Assembly (NCBI GenBank): GCA_032251515.1
Contig: JAVVDU010000005.1
Span: 16,396 to 80,395 of the forward strand
Reading direction: 5' to 3'
From: Gemmatimonadota bacterium
GTDB lineage: Bacteria; Gemmatimonadota; Gemmatimonadetes; Palauibacterales; Palauibacteraceae
DNA length: 64,000 nucleotides
Shown here: positions 47,789 to 57,199 of the stretch, one piece after another
Layout of the letters: each line of letters starts with the position of its first letter
Numbering within the stretch: position 1 is the first letter of the stretch
Program-made: the position numbers and the translations under genes
The notes under the pieces: model-generated
Told to the model about the DNA's origin: nothing
The model's database searches: none
What the model saw: only the letters and a program-made list of their open reading frames with translations

Positions 47789-49248
47789 CCCGCCTCCGGG
47801 CCGGAACGGCGGAGCGCCTCCAGCTCCCGCAGCACGCGTCCCAGGGCGAGCCGGGAGCGGGGCGTCAGCCGGAACACCCCGAACTCCCCCGTGTCCGCGA
47901 AGCGCAGCCGGACGGGCACCGGAAGGGACTCCTCGTACACCCACTCCAGCTCCGGGCGCTGCCCGGTCTGCTGCGGCGGGTGGGGCACCTCGCGATCGGG
48001 CGGGCCGAGCTGCACGTGGACCCGTCCCCGGTCGGTCTCCCAGCCGGCGGCGCCCGGCTCGGCGTAGCGGCGGTTCGCCTCCGTCATGCGGTCGAAGTAG
48101 ACCGCGAAGAACTCGTTGCGCGGCGTCGCGGGATCGGGGTCGGTCCGTTCCCACAGCCTTCCCCAGGCGGCGGCGCGCTCTTCCGGCCCCATCTCCATCC
48201 AGTGCTCCCGCTCGTCGGCCAGCGGCGCGTACGCGAGGTAGCGGGCCACCGGCTCCGGTCCGGCGGCGGCCCACTCGTCGTCCAGCGCCACGAGCAGCGG
48301 CGTCGCGCGGCCGCCGCTTCCGGGACGGCGGGCCCGCAGGTCATAGCGGCCCGGCGGCAGGCGGCGCAGCGGCAGGGAGACGAGCAGGGTGGCGGGCCCC
48401 GCGTTCCCCGCGGGCGGGGCCGGCGTCGCCGTGTCGGCCCAGAGGACCGCCGCGGTGCCGGACGCCTCGCGGCCCGGACCGCCCGGGTGGGACACGACCT
48501 CGAGAACCAGCGGCGCTCCGTCTCGCGATGCCGGGTCCTCGGCCAGGATCGTCAGCGGCGGCCCGGACGCGACGGCCGTGGACCGGGGCGCGGCGAGCAG
48601 CGGCGGCGACTGGGCGAACGAGACGCGCGGGGCGGCGCGGAACACGGGCTGCGGAGCGGAGGGGGCGCCGCCGGGCGGCGGCCAGGCCACGGAATCGGTG
48701 GCCGCGACCTCGCGGCGGGAGGTCAGCTCCCGCACCACCACGCCGACGGCGAACCGTCCCGGAGGCAGGGTCGCGAAGTGCTGGAAGAAGACGCGTTCCT
48801 CGCCGCTCGCCGTCTCCGGGAACGCGTCCACCCGCACGATCTCGCGCCGGTCCCAGTGGAGCACGGTGTCGCCGTCGGCCGCCGCGCCTGCGGCCAGGGC
48901 CGCGAGCCGGACCTGGTAGCGGGCGGCGTAGAGGGCGCCCTCGCGGGAGAAGCGCAGCGCGGAGGGAGGCAGGGACGCCGCGAATCCCAGCCACGCAGAG
49001 TCGCCGGGGCCCGTGAGGACCAGGAGGCGGCCCACGACGGGAAACTCCGCGGTCCCCACGAGGGCGAAGCCACCGGCCCGGTATTGCGCGAGCGCGTCGG
49101 CCACGTGAGCGCGGACGGGAGAGGTACGGGCGTCCGCGGGCCCGGCCGCCGAGGCACACCCGGCCGCCGCGGCGGCGAGACTCGCGGCCGCGGCAAGCGC
49201 TGCCGCCGACCGTCCCGGTCTAAGTCCCCATCCCGTCCATCTCGCCAT
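47785..49248 (-). CDS. GWxTD-domain protein (secreted/lipoprotein), hypothetical
   Basis: The C-terminal segment ...AEPGAAGWETDRGRVHVQLGPPD contains the GWxTD signature. The N-terminal signal is ALAAAASLAAAAAGC. The product is 487 aa. Confidence 0.7.
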   Translation of the reverse strand: MARWTGWGLRPGRSAAALAAAASLAAAAAGCASAAGPADARTSPVRAHVADALAQYRAGGFALVGTAEFPVVGRLLVLTGPGDSAWLGFAASLPPSALRFSREGALYAARYQVRLAALAAGAAADGDTVLHWDRREIVRVDAFPETASGEERVFFQHFATLPPGRFAVGVVVRELTSRREVAATDSVAWPPPGGAPSAPQPVFRAAPRVSFAQSPPLLAAPRSTAVASGPPLTILAEDPASRDGAPLVLEVVSHPGGPGREASGTAAVLWADTATPAPPAGNAGPATLLVSLPLRRLPPGRYDLRARRPGSGGRATPLLVALDDEWAAAGPEPVARYLAYAPLADEREHWMEMGPEERAAAWGRLWERTDPDPATPRNEFFAVYFDRMTEANRRYAEPGAAGWETDRGRVHVQLGPPDREVPHPPQQTGQRPELEWVYEESLPVPVRLRFADTGEFGVFRLTPRSRLALGRVLRELEALRRSGPEAG

Positions 49249-49474
49249 CCGCGTCTCTTCCCCCCGGGTCCCCCTGCGTCGCGCCCGCCGGGAGCGAAAC
49301 TGCGGGCGAGCGGCGATCCGCCGCCAGCGCCGGCGGCGGGTCCGGCGGCGGCGCCGCCGCCGGTGCCGCCGGAGCCGGGGGCCGGATGCGCCGCGGGGCG
49401 CCCGGAGGCGCCCCGCGAGGTCCCGCCCGTCTCCTCCCCCCGCCGCACCACGGCACGGGGGGAAAGCCCGCGAA

Positions 49475-52411
49475 TCAGAAGTCCGTCGCCCAGAGGACGC
49501 GCAGCAGCGAGAACCGGCCGAGGCTCGGCGTGCCGGGGAACGACTGGTACTCGTCGTCCAGCACGTTCGAGATGTCGAGCTGCACGCTGATCTCCCGGTT
49601 GCCGGGGATCCGGTAGCCGACGTTCACGTCGAACACGGCGTACTCCTCCACGTCACCCTCGAACACGCCCGATTCCACAGGAAATGCGTCCACGTAGCGG
49701 CCGCGCACGCCCGCGTTGAAGCCCGACTGCGGCTCCCGGTAGGTGAGCCCCAGCGAGCCCTTCCAGCGCGGGGCGTTCAGCGCCACCGTCTCCGACCCGG
49801 CATCGAAGCGGTCCTCCTCGACGTACGACACCGTGCCCGTCGCCTCCCAGCGGTCGTTGAGCACGTAGGTGAGCGAGGCGTCGCCGCCGAAGTAGTCGAA
49901 GTCGCCGAGGTTCCGGTAGGTGAGCAGGATCGGGGCGTCGGTCAACCCGCCCGCGGTCGTGGGCGCCACCGAGCCCAGCGGGATCTGGCTCATCTGCGTG
50001 GCGAGCTGCGTGGCGGTCGCCTCCGCCGTGGCGGCGTCCGGGAACGCCACGCCGACGAGCGCCGTGAACCGCTCGCGCAGGAAGGCCTCGGTCTGCTGGA
50101 AGGGAAGGAAGCTGTTCGGCGTGAACGGCCGCAGCGCCGAGATGAAGTCGCTCACGTCGGTGAAGTACAGGTTCGCGCCGAGCAGCAGGTTGCTGCCAAA
50201 CAGCAGGCCCTTGTAGCCGACCTCGAACGTCTGCCAGATCGTCGCGTCCAGGTTCGGCACGTCCGCGATCTCCCGCACGGACGCGGCCGTGGCGGGGTCG
50301 AAGCCGCCCGTCTCGGGGTCGAGCAGGAGCCCGATCACCGGGATCTGCTCGTTCGTCGGCGCTCCTCCCAGGGCGGGATTCTGGGCCGCATCGAGCAGGC
50401 CGCCCGCCTGCGGGTTCGACGCCCGCACGATTTCGGTGGCCAGCGAGAACACGTCGGGCGTCTGCGTGGAGAGCGGGGTCCTCGGCGACTGTCCGATGAG
50501 CGGCGCGAAGGGCGACAGGTGCGTCGGGAAGCCCGCCCCGTCACGCGCGAAGGTGAACCCGTCCTCCGTCGGGCCCTGGGCCCGAACGTCGTAGCGGAAC
50601 GGCGTCCCGGGAAGCGGAATCGGCTGCGCCGAGATGTCGAGGAACAGGTTCAGCGTGGTCGGCGTCGAAAAGGCCCGGTTGTAGCTCGCCCGGATGCTCC
50701 GCTCCGGGGTCGGCTTGAACACAATCGCGGCGCGCGGCGAGAACACGAGGTCATCGAGGCGCGAGTGGTCGTCCAGGCGGGCCGCGAGGACCAGGTTCCA
50801 CTGGTCGGTCAGGTGGCCGTCGTACTGGACGTAGCCGCCGAACTCGTCGACCTCGTCGTCGTCCTCGTGCCGTCCGTTGATCGTCCCCTCGGACTTCGGC
50901 ACCGTGCGCAGGTAGTCGAGGCCGTAGATCAGGTCGTGGCCGTCCGCCACCGAGTACTGGTGCTGGAGCTGTGCCACGAACAGGCTGGACTTGTCGACCA
51001 GGGGCCGGCCGGCCCGCAGCAGGAACGTCTCGTCGTTGTCGCTCTTGTTGAAGAACACCTGCCCGAACAGGTCCTTGTAGCTGGCGCGGGCCTGCCCGTA
51101 CCACAGGGCCCAGTCCTGGACCTGGCCGGCGCCGATTCCCGTGAGGTCGACGCTGTTCTCCGCCATGGTGCGGCCGCCCGACAAGACAATGTCCCAGTCC
51201 TCGGTCGGCCGCCAGTCGGCCCGCAGGTCCAGCGCCCAACGCTCGAGGTCGAGGTCCCGGCCGCCGGCCACGTTCGCGACGCGCGTCTCGAGCTGCTGCT
51301 GGCTCTCCGCCGTGAGCCCGCCGAGCGGGGTGCGCGGCAGGTCGCCCGTGAAGTTGAGGCAGGGTGCCTGCGTCGCGTCGAACCCGAGGGCGGTGCAGGC
51401 CGTCGCCAGGTCTCGCTGGATCGCCTCCTCGCGGTCGGTGAAGCGGTAGTCCTCGCCTGTGAAGTACTGGCCGGACAGCTTGACGCCGAACTCGTCGCTC
51501 ACCTTGTAGGCGATCCGGCCCTCCGTCTGCCAGACCTCCTCGTCGCTTCCGTCCGTAGGGATCGCCGTCGGGCCGGAGACGGGGAGGTTGACGGCGGTCT
51601 CGAATCCGTCCTGCTGGCGGATGCCGCCCGCCACGCTCAGCGAGATGCCCGGCCGGTCGATCGGCGAGTTCGTAATGTAGTGAATGACGCCGTTCGCCGC
51701 GTTCGGGCCGTACAGCGCCGAGCCCGGACCGAGCACGACCTCCACGCGGTCGATGTCGAGGTTCGTAGTGGGTTGCAGGTGCGTGACGTTGGCGCGCAGC
51801 GACGGCACCCGCGCGATGCGGTTGTCCGTCAGGGTGAGCGTCTGGCCGGAGAAGATGTTGTTGAAACCGCGCACGACCGTGTAGCTCTGCTGCAGTCCGG
51901 CCGTGATCACGTCCACGCCGGCCTTCTCCTTCACGTGGTCGGAGATCGTGATCGTGGGACGCTCGCGCACGTCCTCGGTGGTGACGACCTCGACCGCGGC
52001 GGGCGCGTCCAGCGCCTTCTCGACCCGCTTGGACGTGGTGACCGTGATCGGGTTCAGGTTGAAGCTGCGCTCGCTCAGCACGGCGTTCAGCGAGGTCGTC
52101 TCGCCGGACCGGATCGTCACTCCCGGCACCCGCTCGACACTCCAGCCCGCCAGCGTGAACCGCACCTCCCAGGTGCCGGCGGGAACGCCGGTGATGCGGT
52201 AGGCCCCACCACCTCCCGACAGCGCCGCCGCCACGACGCGCTCTCCGTCGAGCACTTCGACCTCGACGGTGGACAGCCCGATTCCCCGGCTCGCGTCGGT
52301 GACCGTTCCAGCCAGGGCCCCCTCCTGCGCCGCGCCGGCGCGCGGGAGAAGGAGCGACAGAAGGAGCGCGGGCAGGACGGCCCACGCGGTACGCACCGCG
52401 GATCCAGCCAT
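49475..52411 (-). CDS. TonB-dependent receptor with N-terminal carboxypeptidase-regulatory-like domain
   Basis: After the signal peptide comes a CarbopepD_reg-like domain (GTVTDASRGIGLSTVEVEV). The plug domain (TonB-box-like, DRVEVVLGPGSALYG) is followed by a roughly 22-strand barrel. The C-terminus is aromatic (LRVLWATDF). Confidence 0.9.
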   Translation of the reverse strand: MAGSAVRTAWAVLPALLLSLLLPRAGAAQEGALAGTVTDASRGIGLSTVEVEVLDGERVVAAALSGGGGAYRITGVPAGTWEVRFTLAGWSVERVPGVTIRSGETTSLNAVLSERSFNLNPITVTTSKRVEKALDAPAAVEVVTTEDVRERPTITISDHVKEKAGVDVITAGLQQSYTVVRGFNNIFSGQTLTLTDNRIARVPSLRANVTHLQPTTNLDIDRVEVVLGPGSALYGPNAANGVIHYITNSPIDRPGISLSVAGGIRQQDGFETAVNLPVSGPTAIPTDGSDEEVWQTEGRIAYKVSDEFGVKLSGQYFTGEDYRFTDREEAIQRDLATACTALGFDATQAPCLNFTGDLPRTPLGGLTAESQQQLETRVANVAGGRDLDLERWALDLRADWRPTEDWDIVLSGGRTMAENSVDLTGIGAGQVQDWALWYGQARASYKDLFGQVFFNKSDNDETFLLRAGRPLVDKSSLFVAQLQHQYSVADGHDLIYGLDYLRTVPKSEGTINGRHEDDDEVDEFGGYVQYDGHLTDQWNLVLAARLDDHSRLDDLVFSPRAAIVFKPTPERSIRASYNRAFSTPTTLNLFLDISAQPIPLPGTPFRYDVRAQGPTEDGFTFARDGAGFPTHLSPFAPLIGQSPRTPLSTQTPDVFSLATEIVRASNPQAGGLLDAAQNPALGGAPTNEQIPVIGLLLDPETGGFDPATAASVREIADVPNLDATIWQTFEVGYKGLLFGSNLLLGANLYFTDVSDFISALRPFTPNSFLPFQQTEAFLRERFTALVGVAFPDAATAEATATQLATQMSQIPLGSVAPTTAGGLTDAPILLTYRNLGDFDYFGGDASLTYVLNDRWEATGTVSYVEEDRFDAGSETVALNAPRWKGSLGLTYREPQSGFNAGVRGRYVDAFPVESGVFEGDVEEYAVFDVNVGYRIPGNREISVQLDISNVLDDEYQSFPGTPSLGRFSLLRVLWATDF

Positions 52412-52649
52412 GGTGTTGCCTCGCGTTGGAGGAAGGCGGGCCGGCCGTGCCTCCCGACGAGCTCGCCAGCGGTTCGAACGCGGAAAGTTGGGACGCGAGT
52501 GCCCGGTTCCGCAAGCAGGACGCAGGTTTCGGGATGCACGACGGGCCCGGAGATCCGTGCTCCGGGCCCGTCGAATCCTCGCGGCCGTCCTGCGCGCGCG
52601 GCGACCGCGCGGGGGATCGGAACGTCCCGTCGCGTGACGGGAGCGTGGT

Positions 52650-53354
52650 TCAGGCGCTGCCGCGCTCCACCGCGTGCACCGCGTCGATCATCTTCTGCGC
52701 GCTCTCCTCCATGTCGATCACGATGCGGTCGACGCGGGAGACGAAGTAGTTGTGCGCGATGTTGATCGGGATCGCGATCGCGAGGCCGGTGGCCGTCGTG
52801 ATGAGGGCCACCTTGATGCCGCCCGCGACCAGCGTCGCCTCGACCTCGCCGGCGATCTCGATCGCCTGGAAGGCCTGGATCATCCCGATCACCGTCCCCA
52901 GGAAGCCGAGCAGCGGGGCGACGTTCGAGAGGGTGGCCAGCCACACGAGGCCGCGCTCCAGCTTGGAGACCTCGATCGCGCCGGCGTTCTCGATCGCCTG
53001 CGTGACGCGCTCCGTGCCCTCGCGATACCGGCGCAGGCCGGCCTTGAGGATCTCGGCGGCGGGAGCGCTGGACTCCTCGCACAGCCCGAGCGCCTGGTCG
53101 AGCCGCTGCTGCGCGATCAGGCCGTCGACCTCACCGAGGAGCTTGCGGTTCGACGCAGCCTTGACCGTGAGGTCGAAGAACTTCCACAGGATGATCAGCA
53201 TCCCGATCGCGAGGCAGGCGCCGAGCGGCCACATCATGAAGCCGCCGGCCTCCCACAGGTCGCCGAGATTGAGCTCCTGCCCCTGTCCGAGTACCGGCGT
53301 CTCCTGCAGCAGCCAGAGCGCCACGCCAGTCAAGTGAGCCAAGGTCTCCTCCAC
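52650..53354 (-). CDS. exbB: MotA/TolQ/ExbB proton-channel family protein
   Basis: Three TM helices with the conserved C-terminal ExbB/TolQ motif are present (LATLSNVAPLLGFLGTVIGMIQAF...AGGIKVALITTATGLAIAIP). Confidence 0.8.
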   Translation of the reverse strand: MEETLAHLTGVALWLLQETPVLGQGQELNLGDLWEAGGFMMWPLGACLAIGMLIILWKFFDLTVKAASNRKLLGEVDGLIAQQRLDQALGLCEESSAPAAEILKAGLRRYREGTERVTQAIENAGAIEVSKLERGLVWLATLSNVAPLLGFLGTVIGMIQAFQAIEIAGEVEATLVAGGIKVALITTATGLAIAIPINIAHNYFVSRVDRIVIDMEESAQKMIDAVHAVERGSA

Positions 53355-53402
53355 CGTTGATCTGGGTTCCGATCCGTCCCGCGGGCACGCGGGGTCCGCA
53401 AG

Positions 53403-54287
53403 CTATTCGGCCCTCTCTGCCGGTGTCAAGGGAATCCGCGCCGCCAGCAGCTCGCGCGTGTACGAGTGCTGCGGACGTGCGAACACGTCCGCGGTGGGCC
53501 CGCGCTCGACGATCCGCCCGTGCCGCATCACGGCGGTGCGGGCCGCCACGTGCCGGACCACTCCGAGGTCGTGCGAAATGAACAGGAGTGCGAGCCCGAG
53601 GCGCTGCTGCAGGCCGGCCAGGAGGTTGAGCACCTGGGCCTGCACCGACACGTCGAGCGCCGAGATCGGCTCGTCGCACACCACGAGTTCCGGCTCCACG
53701 CTGAGGGCCCGGGCGATGCCGATCCGCTGCCGCTGGCCGCCGGAGAACTCGTGCGGCCAGCGCGCGGCCACGGCCGGGTCGAGGCCCACCAGGCCCAGCA
53801 ACTCCTCGACCCGCCGTCCGGCCTCCCGTCCCCGCGCCAGTCCGTGCACGGCCAGCACCTCGCGCAGCATCGCCCCCACGGTGAGCCGCGGGTTCAGGGC
53901 GCCGAACGGGTCCTGGAAGACCACCTGCACGCACCGCCGGAACTCCCGGCGCCCCGCCCGGTCGAGGGTCGCGATGTCCCGGCCGCGCCACAGCACCCGC
54001 CCCGCGGTCGGCTCCTCGAGGCCGAGCAGGAGGCGCGCCGTGGTGCTCTTTCCCGATCCGGACTCGCCGACCAGCGCCACGGTCTCGCGCGGCCGGACCT
54101 CGAGGTCGATCCCGTCGACGGCCCGCACCGCCGCGCCGCGACGGAAGCCGGGTCCGGAGCGCCCAGCCGCGTATTCCTTCACCAGGGACTCGGCCCGGAG
54201 CAGCGGCTCGCCCGCGACGCCGGTCCGGTTCGGGCCTCCAGGTCGGCCCGCGCCTCCGGTCCGCTCCCCGGATCCCGTGCCGCTCAC
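53403..54287 (-). CDS. ABC transporter ATP-binding protein (peptide/nickel family, DppF/OppF-like)
   Basis: Walker A (GESGSGKST), ABC signature (FSGGQRQR), Walker B (LVVCDEP) and H-loop are present. A GTG start at 54287 overlaps the upstream ATPase stop (GTGA, verified). Confidence 0.88.
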   Translation of the reverse strand: MSGTGSGERTGGAGRPGGPNRTGVAGEPLLRAESLVKEYAAGRSGPGFRRGAAVRAVDGIDLEVRPRETVALVGESGSGKSTTARLLLGLEEPTAGRVLWRGRDIATLDRAGRREFRRCVQVVFQDPFGALNPRLTVGAMLREVLAVHGLARGREAGRRVEELLGLVGLDPAVAARWPHEFSGGQRQRIGIARALSVEPELVVCDEPISALDVSVQAQVLNLLAGLQQRLGLALLFISHDLGVVRHVAARTAVMRHGRIVERGPTADVFARPQHSYTRELLAARIPLTPAERAE

Positions 54288-55321
54288 GGTCCCGCCTCGT
54301 GGCCGCCGCCCTCCACCCACCAGCAGGCGGCCCGCCGGTCCGATCCGGAGAGCGGCCGGAGCACGGGCGCTTCGGTCCGGCAGCGGTCGGCAACATGCGG
54401 GCAGCGCGGGTGGAACCGGCAGCCCGGCGGCCACGCCCGCGGCCCGGGCACCGACCCCGGGATCGGCTCCAGCGGCGCGCCGGGGCGGGCCGGATCGGGC
54501 CGGGCGCGCAGGAGGCCCCGGGTGTAGGGGTGGGCCGGGCGGGCGAACAGGTCCGCGGCCGGCGCCTCCTCGACGATCCGGCCCGCGTACATCACGGCGA
54601 CGCGGTTTGCCACGCGGGCCACCACGGCGAGGTCGTGGGTGATGAGGAGGAGCGCGAGGCCCCGCTCCCGCCGCAGGTCGGCCAGCAGGTCGAGGATGCG
54701 CGCCTGCACCGTGACGTCGAGCGCCGTGGTTGGCTCGTCGGCCACCAGCAGCGCCGGCTCGCCGCCCAGCGCCATGGCGATCATGGCCCGCTGCCGCTGC
54801 CCGCCCGAGAGCTGGTGGGGCCACGCGTCGGCCGCGCGCGCGGGATCGGGGATGCCGACCCGCCCGAGCAGCGACACGACGCGCTCGCGCGCCGCCCACC
54901 CGCGCAGCGGCGTGTGGCGCCGCACCGCCTCGCCCACCTGGTCTCCCACGCGCAGGACGGGGTTCAGACTGGTCATCGGCTCCTGGAAGACCATCCCGAT
55001 CCCGCCGCCCCGTACCTCCCGCAGGCGGCGGGGCGAAGCCTCCAGCAGCTCCTCGCCCCGCCAGCGGATGCTGGAGCCGGGCTGGATCCGTCCCGGCGGC
55101 TCGGGGACGAGGCGGAGGAGGGAGAGCGCGGTGACCGACTTGCCGCAGCCGGACTCGCCCACCAGGCCCAGCGCCTCCCCGGGCGCGAGGGAGAAGTCGA
55201 CCCCGTCCACCGCGGGGGCCTCCCCGCCCTCCGCCCGGAACGAGACGCGCAGGTCCCGCACGGCGAGAAGCGGCGCGTCCCGGGCCGGTGCATCCGGCGG
55301 GCCGGCCGGCCGGCCGTTCAT
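54284..55321 (-). CDS. ABC transporter ATP-binding protein (DppD/OppD-like) with C-terminal oligopeptide-transporter extension
   Basis: Walker A (GESGCGKSV), signature (LSGGQRQR) and Walker B (LLVADEPTTALD) are present. The frame was trimmed to MNGRPAGPPDAP...LLAVRDLRVSF. This start overlaps the dppC-like stop (ATGA). Confidence 0.88.
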   Translation of the reverse strand: MNGRPAGPPDAPARDAPLLAVRDLRVSFRAEGGEAPAVDGVDFSLAPGEALGLVGESGCGKSVTALSLLRLVPEPPGRIQPGSSIRWRGEELLEASPRRLREVRGGGIGMVFQEPMTSLNPVLRVGDQVGEAVRRHTPLRGWAARERVVSLLGRVGIPDPARAADAWPHQLSGGQRQRAMIAMALGGEPALLVADEPTTALDVTVQARILDLLADLRRERGLALLLITHDLAVVARVANRVAVMYAGRIVEEAPAADLFARPAHPYTRGLLRARPDPARPGAPLEPIPGSVPGPRAWPPGCRFHPRCPHVADRCRTEAPVLRPLSGSDRRAACWWVEGGGHEAGP

Positions 55322-56184
55322 GCGGCGCGCCTCGGGTCGAGGGCGTCGCGCAGGCCGTCCCCCACCAGGTTGAAGCTCACCACGGTGAGCACGATCGCCA
55401 GGCCGGGAAAGGTGGAGATCCACCACGCGTCGACGAGCCGGTCGCTGCCCGACTGGATGATGTTCCCCCACGACGCGGTGGGCGGCGGCACGCCGAGGCC
55501 GAGGTAGCTGAGGGCCGCCTCCGCGAGGATCGCGTTCCCGATCCCCAGCGTCGCCGCTACGATCACCGGCGTGAGCACGTTGGGAAGGACGTGCCGCAGC
55601 AGCACGCGCGCCGGCCCGAAGCCGAGGGCGCGCGCCGCCTGCACGTACTCCCGCTCCCGCACGCTCAGCACCTGCCCGCGCACCAGGCGCGACACGCCCA
55701 TCCAGCCGGTGAGGCCGAGCACCGCGACGATCAGGCCGATCGAGGGCTCGAACAGCGCGACCACGGTGATGAGCAGCACGAGGCGCGGGAAGGCGAGGAA
55801 CAGGTCCACGATCCGCATGAGGATCGTGTCCGCCGCGCCGCCCGCGTACCCGGCCACCGCCCCCACCGCCGTCCCCAGCGTGACCGCGATCGCCACGGCC
55901 AGGAAGCCGATGGCGAGCGAGATGCGCGCCCCGTACAGCACACGGCTCAGGATGTCCCGGCCGAGCTCGTCGGTGCCCATCCAGTGGGCGGACGAGGGCG
56001 GGAGGAGGCGGCCGGTCGCCAGGTTCACCGCGTCCGGGTCGTACGGGGTGAGGACGGGCACGAGCAGCGCCGCGGCGGCGAGCGCGGCGAGCAGGGCGAG
56101 GCCCGCCATCGCCTGCCGATGGCGGCGGAAGCGGAGCCCGGCGAGCGTCCAGGGCGACCGGCCGGGCACGCGCGGCTCAGACAT
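55318..56184 (-). CDS. ABC transporter permease (DppC/OppC-like)
   Basis: Six TM helices and the EAA-like loop (EAALSYLGLGVPPP) are present. The N-terminal motif has the periplasmic start typical of DppC. Confidence 0.85.
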   Translation of the reverse strand: MSEPRVPGRSPWTLAGLRFRRHRQAMAGLALLAALAAAALLVPVLTPYDPDAVNLATGRLLPPSSAHWMGTDELGRDILSRVLYGARISLAIGFLAVAIAVTLGTAVGAVAGYAGGAADTILMRIVDLFLAFPRLVLLITVVALFEPSIGLIVAVLGLTGWMGVSRLVRGQVLSVREREYVQAARALGFGPARVLLRHVLPNVLTPVIVAATLGIGNAILAEAALSYLGLGVPPPTASWGNIIQSGSDRLVDAWWISTFPGLAIVLTVVSFNLVGDGLRDALDPRRAA

Positions 56185-57199
56185 GCCGGATGCGCGGGTC
56201 TGCGACGGCGTACAGCAGGTCGGCCAGCAGGCTGCCGGCCAGGACGAGCACGCCGAACAGGAAGCTCGCCGCCATGACGAGCGGGTAGTCGCGGGCGAGG
56301 ATCCCGTCGTACATCAACCGCCCCATGCCGGGCCACGAGAACACCACTTCGATCACCACGGCGCCGCCGAACAGGACGGGCAGGTAGAGCCCCAGGAGAC
56401 TGATGAGCGGCAGGAGGGCGTTGCGCAGCGCGTGGCGCAGGATCACCACGCGCTCGGGAAGCCCCTTGGCGCGGGCCGTCCGCACGTAATCCTGGCGGAT
56501 CACCTCGAGCATCTCGCCGCGGGCGTAGCGCGCCACCCCCGCCGCCGAGGCGAGGCCGAGGGCGATGGTCGGAAGCACGAGGTGCGCCGCCACGTCGGCC
56601 ACCTTGCCGAGCGGGCCGAGCAGGTCGTGGTCCACCGAGGTCATCCCCGAGACCGGCAGGTCGAGTCCGGGAACCGCGCCGGAGGCGACGAGCAGCACCA
56701 GCATCAGCCCGAGCCAGAAGCCGGGCATGGAGTAGAGGAACAGCATCGCCAGGGTGAGCACAGCGTCGGAGCGGCGGTACTGCCGGACGGCCTGGAAGGC
56801 GCCCAGCGCGCCGCCCGCCACGAACGTCACGACCAGCGAGGCGCCGCCGAGCAGGAGGGTGTTCGGAAGCGCGTCGGCGAGCACATCCCGCACCGGCCGG
56901 TACTGCGAGAAGCTGTAGCCGAAGTCGCCCGTGAGAAACGCCCGCAGCCAGCTCAGGTACTGGACGTGCAGCGGGCGGTCGAGGCCCATGCTCGCACGCA
57001 TCCTCTCGAGCACTTCGGGGGGAATGGACGGATCGAACCACAGGGCGGTCGGGTCGCCGGGGGCGAGGTGGAGGACGATGAAGATGAGGGTCGCGATCCC
57101 CAGCAGCAGGGGGACCGCCTGCAGGGCGCGCCGCAGCAGGTAGCGGATCAGCGCCGGGACTCCGCGCGGTCCCCGCGGGCGCGGGGCTCCAGCCACCAC
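56177..57199 (-). CDS. ABC transporter permease (DppB/OppB-like)
   Basis: The sequence aligns from ALIRYLLRRALQAVPLLLGIATLIFIVLHLAPGDP, the canonical DppB N-terminus. The nearest in-frame starts are GTG-GTG 13-14 codons upstream (57196 or 57199), so the start is uncertain by about 40 bp. This would overlap the binding-protein gene end. Confidence 0.8.
   Translation of the reverse strand: MVAGAPRPRGPRGVPALIRYLLRRALQAVPLLLGIATLIFIVLHLAPGDPTALWFDPSIPPEVLERMRASMGLDRPLHVQYLSWLRAFLTGDFGYSFSQYRPVRDVLADALPNTLLLGGASLVVTFVAGGALGAFQAVRQYRRSDAVLTLAMLFLYSMPGFWLGLMLVLLVASGAVPGLDLPVSGMTSVDHDLLGPLGKVADVAAHLVLPTIALGLASAAGVARYARGEMLEVIRQDYVRTARAKGLPERVVILRHALRNALLPLISLLGLYLPVLFGGAVVIEVVFSWPGMGRLMYDGILARDYPLVMAASFLFGVLVLAGSLLADLLYAVADPRIRHV

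Noticed and set aside
49380-49474. GC-rich hairpin (ccccccg…cgggggg) just downstream of the TonB-dependent receptor stop, as a rho-independent terminator.
   Set aside because: The stem is plausible but there is no U-tract. In this GC-rich genome I cannot tell a terminator from a chance palindrome, so it is not listed as a feature.
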